A stretch of 64,000 bases of DNA, taken from Candidatus Latescibacterota bacterium (GTDB taxonomy: Bacteria > Latescibacterota > UBA2968 > GCA-2709665). Every line of letters begins with the position of its first letter. The first letter of the stretch is position 1. The notes beneath the pieces are model-generated. The model saw only the letters and a list, made by a program, of their open reading frames with translations. It did not search any database and had not been told where the DNA came from. A program made the translations under genes and the position numbers. The stretch is taken from assembly GCA_965116875.1 (NCBI GenBank), contig OZ220733.1, positions 1,728,001 to 1,792,000 of the forward strand. Reading direction: 5' to 3'. This document shows, one piece after another, positions 19,842-27,605 of the stretch.

Positions 19842-20803
19842 CAGAATGCCAGGACAACCTTGACCGCACCCTCCCTTTCGGGATGCTCGAACGCCAGATC
19901 GAATGCGTCCTGAATCTTTTCAAACGGTAACAGGTGCGTGAGAATCGGCCGAACGTCCAGCCGGCCCTGGGAGATCCAGTCCAACGCGGCCGTATAGTCC
20001 AGGCCCGGATTCGGTCCGACCGACGTGACGATCTGCAGTTCCTTCCGGAACATCTCCATGAACGCCAGGGTCATCCGTCCCTCGGCGTTCTCCTTGTTCG
20101 GCACGCCGAAATACACCAGCGTGCCGTCCTGGCGCAGCAGATCGCCGCACAGGTTGAACGTCGACTCCCTGCCCACGGCCTCCACGGCCAGGTCCACCAT
20201 TTCCCCGCCGGTGATCTCCGAAACCGCCTCCGGGAGATCGCACGTCTGCGGATTGACGGTATGGGTCGCGCCCATCTCCGGCGACACGGCCAGCCGGTGG
20301 GGCAGCGGGTCCACGCCGATGATGTATCTTGCGCCCAGGTTGCGCAACGTTGCGTTGAACAGTTGACCCACCGGTCCCTGCCCCATGACCAGCGCCTTCC
20401 GGTTGATCACGTTTCCCAGCTTGTAGAAACAGTGGATCACCGTGCCCAGCAACTGGCTCATCAGAGCGACCTCCGGTTCGAGGTCCATCGGCAGTTTGAC
20501 GCACCCCGCGGGGTCGGCCAGCACGTATTCCTGGAACAGGCCCCGGTCGAAGCCCCACAGAAGCACCCTGTCGCCGGCGTCAAATGCGCCCGACGGGCAG
20601 GCCTCTACGATACCCAGTCCTTCGTGTCCGGTCTGTCCCAATCCCATCGGATAGGACGCGCCAATGCCGTGGAACGCCGGTTTGTCCGTGCCGCAGATCC
20701 CCGCCCGCTCCAGACGCACCAGCATCATTTCCTTCGTTGCCGAGGGTGTCTCCACGTCGGCGATTTCCCACCGCTTCGGCGCGACCAGCCTAGCCGCTTT
20801 CAT
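19841..20803 (-). CDS. Zn-dependent medium-chain (sugar/polyol) dehydrogenase
   Basis: GICGTD, GHE, VMGQGPVG. Confidence 0.92.
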   Translation of the reverse strand: MKAARLVAPKRWEIADVETPSATKEMMLVRLERAGICGTDKPAFHGIGASYPMGLGQTGHEGLGIVEACPSGAFDAGDRVLLWGFDRGLFQEYVLADPAGCVKLPMDLEPEVALMSQLLGTVIHCFYKLGNVINRKALVMGQGPVGQLFNATLRNLGARYIIGVDPLPHRLAVSPEMGATHTVNPQTCDLPEAVSEITGGEMVDLAVEAVGRESTFNLCGDLLRQDGTLVYFGVPNKENAEGRMTLAFMEMFRKELQIVTSVGPNPGLDYTAALDWISQGRLDVRPILTHLLPFEKIQDAFDLAFEHPEREGAVKVVLAF

Positions 20804-20841
20804 CTATCCTGACCCTTCTTTCATTTATTGTGATTCAACGT

Positions 20842-20978
20842 CTAACAGTCCGTTGTTAAAGTCGCTCTGCAGGCGAGGCTTGGTGTCCCGTCCTGTGATT
20901 CGGCGAGGGAGCGCAACGCAGGTTTTCGACCGCAAGGGCCGGCCGTAGCCCGGATGGGCTTTAACGACGGGCCGCTAG
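20842..20978. mobile_element. 137-bp MITE-like element with imperfect terminal inverted repeats
   Basis: CTAACAGTCCGTTGTTAAAG ... CTTTAACGACGGGCCGCTAG (16/20 inverted match); the right end overlaps the TAG stop of the upstream gene. Confidence 0.65.
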
Positions 20979-22231
20979 TCCCAAACCGGCCAATCCTGAC
21001 TCTGCAGCCGCTTCCACAACCCGTCGAACCGCTCGCTGCCGTCGTCCTCCCACTCCTCCAGCCGGACGCCGGGCGCAAAGGACTCATCCACACCCTGCTT
21101 CATCAATCGCTCGGCCTGCTGCAGATTCCGATAATAGTGCCTGACGCCGCCCGGAAACGTCACCACCGAAAGATGCCGGGACCATTCCGCCGCCGGCGTC
21201 TCCCGGTAATTCGTCACGGCATCCTCATCCAGCGACACACCCAGGCCGGGCGCTTCCGGGACCTTCATGAAGCCGCGCTGGATTGGGTGCGGGTCCACGA
21301 TCAGATCGTCCTCGTAGGAATGACTGGCGGTCACCCCCGGCAACGTCGCCGTGGGCATTACCGCACCCAGATGAAGCGCAAATGCAGTCGTAATGCCCGT
21401 TCCCACGTATTGCAGCAGGATGGGCGTATTCGCCGCGGCGAACGTCCATCCGGCCGCCAGCGCGTCGCGGACGCACTCGTGGCTGCACAGCGCGCCTTCG
21501 AAGTCGCCGGCACGAAGCCCCGTCCACGGCCCGGACGGCTGTCTCGAGGCCGCCTCGGACAGCACGCGCACGCCGTGCAGATAGAACGGGATGCGGATCT
21601 CGGCGTGCAGCCTCCGCCACCCTTCGACATCGTATGCGAAGATCGGTTCCTCGACGCCCTTCACAACCGGAATCTCCTCCAGCGCCCGCAGCACGGGCAG
21701 GGCCTTTTCCACGCAGATCAGTGCGCCATTGAAGTCGAATTCCACACGGAAATCCGGCGGCGCCACCTCCTGAATCGCCTGCGCGCATTCCACCACGTCG
21801 TAAAACGCGCGCGCCTTGCACTTCAGCCCGCGGTACCCGCGACTCGCCGCCACCCGGACTTCCGCCGCCGTATCCTCCGGGGACATGCTCGGCATCCACC
21901 ACCCCATCGCCACCCATTGACGCGCCTGCGGTCCCATCACCTTCCACGCGGGCAGGCCCAGGTGCTTCCCCATAAGATCGTAGCACGCCATATCCAGATT
22001 GAAACGCCCCTGGCCCATCACGTGGTCGAATGGATCGGCGCCTATGTAGGCATCCAGAGCTTCCCGCCCGATCGGCGGACCGGGATTCTCGCCCAGCCCC
22101 TCGAGCCCGGTATCCGTGCGAAATTTGTAAACCGTCACTTCCTCAGACATCGCGAAATGATGGTATGCCTTGCGGATTCGGGCTTCATACGGGACGCGTA
22201 GCGGAATCACTTCGATTTCCGTAATCTTCAT
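20975..22231 (-). CDS. Mandelate racemase/muconate lactonizing enzyme (enolase superfamily) protein
   Basis: MKITEIEV, TDTGLEGLGE, DMACYDLMGKHLGLP, KCK, DFN, EEP. Confidence 0.9.
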   Translation of the reverse strand: MKITEIEVIPLRVPYEARIRKAYHHFAMSEEVTVYKFRTDTGLEGLGENPGPPIGREALDAYIGADPFDHVMGQGRFNLDMACYDLMGKHLGLPAWKVMGPQARQWVAMGWWMPSMSPEDTAAEVRVAASRGYRGLKCKARAFYDVVECAQAIQEVAPPDFRVEFDFNGALICVEKALPVLRALEEIPVVKGVEEPIFAYDVEGWRRLHAEIRIPFYLHGVRVLSEAASRQPSGPWTGLRAGDFEGALCSHECVRDALAAGWTFAAANTPILLQYVGTGITTAFALHLGAVMPTATLPGVTASHSYEDDLIVDPHPIQRGFMKVPEAPGLGVSLDEDAVTNYRETPAAEWSRHLSVVTFPGGVRHYYRNLQQAERLMKQGVDESFAPGVRLEEWEDDGSERFDGLWKRLQSQDWPVWD

Positions 22232-22327
22232 CTCGATCTTCCTTGTCGGCAATGGCCGGCTGGACCGCCACCTGGGCCCGTAAACCTACAACGCTTGAAT
22301 TCCGCCATATCCGATGGTATATATAAA

Positions 22328-22530
22328 GCGGGGAGAGGGAAGACGGGAGAGGACCACACCACCTCCCACAACCTGGTGAGACGGGAGCCGGGAGACGGGA
22401 GAGATTACCTGCCTTGTGACGATTCTTCTCGTGCCGGAGGCAAGAAGGGATAAAATATCGGGCAAGGGCTTCTTCTCACGTCTCCCCTCTCCCGTCTCCC
22501 CGCATTTCTTCTACCTTCTTCCTTCTACCT
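22328..22530. repeat. E-family element plus CTTCTAC/CTTCTTC heptamers
   Basis: Core GATTACCTGCCTTGTGACGATTCTTCTCGTGCCGGAGGCAAG with inverted arms. Confidence 0.75.
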
Positions 22531-22557
22531 TTTTATTGCCTCTTAAAAGGTGTTCCC

Positions 22558-22725
22558 ATGCCCCCGCGCCTCGTCTACTTCAACGGCAGCTACGTTAGCG
22601 AACGGGACACCCGCGTCTCCATTTTCGATTCGGCCCTGATGTTCGGCGACATGGTATTTGAAATGACCCGTTCATTCAAGCAAAAACCCTACCGCCCGCG
22701 CAACCACCTGGAGCGCCTCATCGTC
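22558..22725 (+). pseudogene. 5' fragment of class IV (branched-chain/D-amino-acid) aminotransferase
   Basis: VYFNG...VSIFDSALMFGDMVFEMTRSF...HLERL is the IlvE/Dat N-terminus; similarity ends after ~55 codons, immediately before the next gene. Confidence 0.8.
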
Positions 22726-22751
22726 CAAACCTATCACACGGAGCCACATCC

Positions 22752-23735
22752 ATGCCGTCATACCGAGCGGCCCTCATCGGCTGCGGCAACATCTCCGGCC
22801 GCCACGCGAGAGCCTACCAGGCACAGGGCAACGTCGAGCTTGTTGCCGCCTGCGACATCAACCCGGAAAACCTGAACAGAACCTGCGACGAACTCGAGAT
22901 TCCGGGTCGATACGCTTCTCACCAGGACCTCTTCAGTGATGAGCCCGACGTCGATCTCGTCAGCGTATGCACCTTCCCGAAAGTTCACGCGGAGCAGACC
23001 ATCGCCGCCGCCAACGCGGGTGCGAAAGGCGTATTGTGCGAAAAGCCCATGTGTCTGAGCCTGGACGAGGCCGACGCCATGATCCGGGCCTGCAGGCGGA
23101 ACGATACGCGCCTTGTCATTGCCCATCGCCACCGCCAAAGCCCCAACTTCAACAAGGCGCGGCGTCTCATCGCCGACGGCGCTATTGGTGAACCCCGCCT
23201 CATCTGGAGCTATCTGACCAGTTGCCTTGTGGACAACGGCACCCACATTGTCGATATGATGCGCTACCTTCTCGGGGATCCGGAGGCGGACTGGGTGATG
23301 GGACAGGCCTCCCGCAAGCGCGACACCCTGTATCAGGGCTCCCCCGCCGAAGAGTCCAGCGTGGGGCTGGTCGCGTTCAGGACCGGGACACGCGCGGTGG
23401 TGGAAATGGGGGAAAGGACGCCGAAAGACGGGTTCCGCTTTCGCGTTCTGGGAAGCGAAGGGACGATTGACGCCGCTCTCGACGAAGCGGTCCTCACGGA
23501 CAGGAACGGCATCACCACATTCAGGGAAGAACCCAGACCGGGATTCATCGAACAGACGCGCGAATTGATCGCCTGGGTGGAAGGGGGCCCCGAGCACCGG
23601 AGCAGCGACGGGCAGGGACGGGCAGCAACCGAACTCCTGATGGCCATGCACGAGTCCGCCCGCACACGCGAACTGATCGAACTGCCGCTTGAGATCGGAT
23701 ACGATCCCATGAAAAGACGGGTAGAGGGGCGCTGA
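22752..23735 (+). CDS. Gfo/Idh/MocA-family oxidoreductase
   Basis: LIGCGNIS, VLCEKPM, DNGTHIVD. Confidence 0.92.
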   Translation: MPSYRAALIGCGNISGRHARAYQAQGNVELVAACDINPENLNRTCDELEIPGRYASHQDLFSDEPDVDLVSVCTFPKVHAEQTIAAANAGAKGVLCEKPMCLSLDEADAMIRACRRNDTRLVIAHRHRQSPNFNKARRLIADGAIGEPRLIWSYLTSCLVDNGTHIVDMMRYLLGDPEADWVMGQASRKRDTLYQGSPAEESSVGLVAFRTGTRAVVEMGERTPKDGFRFRVLGSEGTIDAALDEAVLTDRNGITTFREEPRPGFIEQTRELIAWVEGGPEHRSSDGQGRAATELLMAMHESARTRELIELPLEIGYDPMKRRVEGR

Positions 23736-23759
23736 CCTCTCCCCCCGGCCCCCTCAGAC

Positions 23760-23975
23760 AAAGCTGTCAGCTATCAGCCAAAAGCAATAGGCCAAAACCA
23801 AAACCAACATCCACATCTCCCCGAATTCCCTGCCTACGGCGTGTTCCTTAAAAGCGGGGAGACGTGAGACGGAAGAGGGGAGAGATCGCCTGCCTTGTGA
23901 GTTTTCTTCTCGTGCCGGAGGCAAATCGGCAATGGCTTCTTCTCCCGTCTACCGTCTACCCTCTCACCGCATTTC
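23760..23975. repeat. GCTGTCA/GCTATCA heptamers and E-family element between convergent genes
   Basis: Sequence similarity to the other E copies. Confidence 0.7.
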
Positions 23976-23977
23976 TT

Positions 23978-25750
23978 CTACCTTTTTCCTTCTACCTTCC
24001 TTGAAGACGGCGCTGCCTTCGGGGTGGCTTTGGTGTAGAGCCCGCCCCGACTCCGGTCGTAGATGACCTCGATACTTCCGTTTTTCGAAACCAGGCGCGG
24101 CACGTTGTTGGACTTCTCATCGCGGTCCGGTCCACGCATCACCGCAAGCTGCGCCTCGTCCATCCCCTCCAGAAGGTCCCCCCATCGTTCCTCCGGCGTC
24201 GCCATCGCCGCGCCCCCGTTGAAGTGCCGGGAGGAGTACCGCGTGAGAATGACGCGGCGGGGGACGTCGCTTTTCCATGCCAGCGCGCCGTGCGCCTGTG
24301 GGCCGTCCATGAAGAAAATGACGTCCCCGGCCTTCGTCAGCGGATGCGTCACCAGCCCCTTGTCGTCGTCACAGGTCCAGACGCCCTTCGGGATCCCGTA
24401 CTGCGCCTTGTGGCTACCCGGCACGCAGGCAAACCCCCCGTCGTTTACGGTGACGTCCCTCAATTGCCATGCCACACCCACGGACGGGCCTCCCAGCGCA
24501 TAGCTGCGGCCGTTCTGGAAGGTATAGTTGCGGGATGGGCTCAACGGCTCGTTCCCGCCATGAAGGAAGTGTCCCGCGCCTCCCCTGGGCGTACAGATCG
24601 CCTCAAAACCCGTACACCGGAAGCCCTTCCCGCCCATCCAGGTGAGGCGGTGGACCACCGCCGGGTGGGCGAGCATCTTCCTGAACGGCTCGCACCAGGG
24701 CCTGGGCATCTCCAGCAGGCCGGCTATGGTGGGCCGCCCGGTCCCGGCCAGGCTCTTTGACCCCATGGCGAGGTCCACGCTTTCAACCACGATACGGTCG
24801 GAAAACCGGTCGACCGCTTCATTCGCCAGCGCCAGGTCCTCCGGCGTCATCACGTTCCGGAGGACGAGATGACCGCACAGGTCCCAGAAATAGAACTCCT
24901 TCTCGTCGATGGTCGAATCCGGATTCCTGATATAGATGGACGGGTGGGACAGATCGGGTTCCGGGTCCACCCAACAGGTCTCCCCATCCGAGCTGAGGGT
25001 GGGAGGCGGGTCGGTTTCGCTATAGCCGGGCTTGTGAAGCATTATGCGCTGCTCCGGCGTCAATTGCTCCATCCATTCGGGTTGGTCTTCCCTCCGGGTC
25101 TTCGGCCCGGTGCCAGTGGACTGCACCGCCGCGTGTCCCGCGTAATTGTACTGGAGCAGCCGCTGGGGGCGCTCCCGCGATCCGGGACGTACGCCCTGCA
25201 GCAGGGTCGCCGCGCACAGCAGCAGGTCGCCCGCCACCAGCGCCGGCTGCACGGTGAGTCCCAGGTCGTCCCTCCCGGTCAGCACGTCTTCAGGGGTTTC
25301 GACGTTGCTCTTGTGGCTGCACGGGACCAGGGAAAATCCGCCGTCTCCCGCGCTCGCATCGGACAGCGCCCAGATGGCGTGTATTCCCTGGCAGTGACGT
25401 CGGCCGTTGAGGATGTAGTAAGCCCGGCCTGCGTCCATCGGCTCGTTGCCGCCGGCGAGGCCGCCGCTGTTTGCCTCCGCACTGCCGATCAACTCCGGTT
25501 CGCTGTCCAGCCGGAAACCGTATCCGATCAGCTGGTTCAGGTAATTGACCAGCAGGGGATGGACCATCAGGTCGCGGAACGGCTCCCGGTGCGGCGCGGG
25601 CCATCCCAGCATCCCGTTCGCCCGGTCCTCCTGCCCGAGCGCCCGATTGCAGGCGTCGACCTCTTCAGAAGTCAAGACGCCCCTCAGAATCAGGTAGCCC
25701 GAGATATCGAAACAGTAGTTCTCCTCGTGGCTCATCTCCAGCCGGTCCAT
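23978..25750 (-). CDS. Tandem two-domain phytanoyl-CoA dioxygenase (PhyH)-family protein
   Basis: Two repeats of FD(I/L)xG(Y/H)L(I/V)LRxV...GGFxxVPxSHK; ATG 25750 follows AGGAGG. Confidence 0.88.
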   Translation of the reverse strand: MDRLEMSHEENYCFDISGYLILRGVLTSEEVDACNRALGQEDRANGMLGWPAPHREPFRDLMVHPLLVNYLNQLIGYGFRLDSEPELIGSAEANSGGLAGGNEPMDAGRAYYILNGRRHCQGIHAIWALSDASAGDGGFSLVPCSHKSNVETPEDVLTGRDDLGLTVQPALVAGDLLLCAATLLQGVRPGSRERPQRLLQYNYAGHAAVQSTGTGPKTRREDQPEWMEQLTPEQRIMLHKPGYSETDPPPTLSSDGETCWVDPEPDLSHPSIYIRNPDSTIDEKEFYFWDLCGHLVLRNVMTPEDLALANEAVDRFSDRIVVESVDLAMGSKSLAGTGRPTIAGLLEMPRPWCEPFRKMLAHPAVVHRLTWMGGKGFRCTGFEAICTPRGGAGHFLHGGNEPLSPSRNYTFQNGRSYALGGPSVGVAWQLRDVTVNDGGFACVPGSHKAQYGIPKGVWTCDDDKGLVTHPLTKAGDVIFFMDGPQAHGALAWKSDVPRRVILTRYSSRHFNGGAAMATPEERWGDLLEGMDEAQLAVMRGPDRDEKSNNVPRLVSKNGSIEVIYDRSRGGLYTKATPKAAPSSRKVEGKR

Positions 25751-25869
25751 TTCCAACCTCCTATATCGTGTACACATTCCAGAAGCCATTATAATATGCA
25801 GTAGCCATGATACTTGTCGAAAATCGAAGGTGTCAACAGAAAACGGGACGCGCCGCTCGCAGCGATCAG

Positions 25870-26530
25870 TCGTTAGCTGTCAGCTCTCAGCCGTCAGCTA
25901 AATCCGGTCTACGATACGGACAGGCGATATCGATCCGCGGATGTCCGGTTTTTTGTAGGGGCGACCGGCCGGTCGCCCCTACAGAACAAATCACGCGCGG
26001 TTTTATGCGCAGCCACGAGGATTATCCCTGAAAATGCAACAACAGCGAAGCGAGGCCAGGATGGCCTCGCTACGGTACCATGCATTCACGCAACGGCCTG
26101 CGGGGGCCGCCCCGAAAAGTGTTACCGATGTGCCCGAACAGATGTTACCCTGGGAAACGGTCTACCAAGAGCGGGAAGACGTGAGAGGGGAGAGGGGAGA
26201 GATTGCCTGCGTTATGAGGTTTCTTCTCGTGCCGGAGGCAAGGAGGTGTAACCGATCGGGCAAGGGCTTCTTCTACCGTCTACCCTCTCCCGTCTCACCG
26301 CCTTCGGGCAACCACAAGGGTTGCCCCTACGAATGCAATGACGGCGTTCCGAGGGCAGGATGCCCTCGCTCCGGGGAGCGGAAGACGGGAGAGGATAGAA
26401 GGAAGCGGACCGCGCCGCCCTGGTCTCGCGCCCTCTTTCGTGATCCATTTCTGTATATCCGTTAGCGAATATCCGGCTTCGAGGATGTCATATGGAAAAG
26501 TTATCTAACCTTCTTCCTTTTTCCTTTTTC
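25870..26530. repeat. Repeat mosaic: GCTGTCA heptamers, perfect 30-bp GTAG-REP palindrome (25954-25983), B-type REPs, E element, GGGCAACCACAAGGGTTGCCCCTAC
   Basis: Palindromes read directly; partners occur elsewhere in the window. Confidence 0.8.
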
Positions 26531-26558
26531 CTTCTTCCCTCTTTGAAAGGAATTCACC

Positions 26559-27521
26559 ATGTCTGATTTGAAAGCGGCGGTGATCGGTTGCGGCGGCCAT
26601 GCGCAGTCGCATTTGCAGATGATCGCGGACGAACCGAGGCTTCGGCTGGCGGGCATCGCGGAACTCGACGAAGAGCGGTTGCGCAGGAACCGTTCCGAAT
26701 GGGCCCCCGAGCAGGCCTTTGTCGACTATCGACAGATGCTCGACGCATGCGCGCCGGACGTCGTTTACGTTGTCACGAATCCCGGGCACCTGCTCCCCAT
26801 CGTTCTCGATTGCCTGGACAGGGGTATCCACACGTCGGTGGAGAAGTCGCCTGGAATGGACACAGGCGAGACCGAGCAGATGGCGCGCGCCGCCCGGGAG
26901 AGCGCGGGCAAGGGCATCGTGTCCTTCAATCGTCGATACTATCCCCATGTGCTCGCTGTCCGGAGGCGCATCCAGGCCGGCGGAGGCGCGGTACACGTCG
27001 CGGCCACGTACAACAAGCCGTTATCCCGGTTTAAAGCCGCAACGCCCGACCCGGTGATCTGCGACGCCATCCACCACGTGGACCTGATCCGCTGGCTGGC
27101 GGGTTCCGGTCCGGAGGAAGCGGCGATACCCGTGGAGGTGAGGGGCATGGTGCAGGACGGCGAGCGCCCGGTATGCCATCGCCACAATGCCGTGGTGCGT
27201 TTCGACACGGGCGCATTCGGCGTCCTGATGAGCCACTATGGCGTGGGCTTTCGCATTCAGCGGGCCGAGGTGCACGGGGAGGACCTGTCGGTCTATCTGG
27301 ATCTGACGAGGGCGCCGCGGGTGGAAGGATATGAGCGGGGCGAGCCGTTTTCAGTGGGGGACGACGAAATCGAGGCCGTGGGCGGGGCAGGCTTCAACGA
27401 GATCGTCCACTTCGTCGACTGCATTCTGGAAGACCGCACGCCATGGTCAACCCTGGACGACGCCGTCCACACCATGCGCCTGTGCGAGGCCATCCGCGCC
27501 GGGCATCAGGGGACGTTGTAG
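26559..27521 (+). CDS. Gfo/Idh/MocA-family oxidoreductase
   Basis: VIGCGGHA, VEKSPG, FNRRY, AIHHVD. Confidence 0.92.
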   Translation: MSDLKAAVIGCGGHAQSHLQMIADEPRLRLAGIAELDEERLRRNRSEWAPEQAFVDYRQMLDACAPDVVYVVTNPGHLLPIVLDCLDRGIHTSVEKSPGMDTGETEQMARAARESAGKGIVSFNRRYYPHVLAVRRRIQAGGGAVHVAATYNKPLSRFKAATPDPVICDAIHHVDLIRWLAGSGPEEAAIPVEVRGMVQDGERPVCHRHNAVVRFDTGAFGVLMSHYGVGFRIQRAEVHGEDLSVYLDLTRAPRVEGYERGEPFSVGDDEIEAVGGAGFNEIVHFVDCILEDRTPWSTLDDAVHTMRLCEAIRAGHQGTL

Positions 27522-27605
27522 GGGTACGGCCCTCGTGGAGACCCTCGCGCGGGGTTGGTGAATCGCAGGGTATGGCTGGCGTGGTGTGAATGGGTACCAG
27601 ACGCT

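Noticed and set aside
20954-22201. Long antisense ORFs (also 31907-33217, 17216-18289, 37905-38843)
   Set aside because: Shadow frames of GC-rich genes on the opposite strand with no recognisable motifs.
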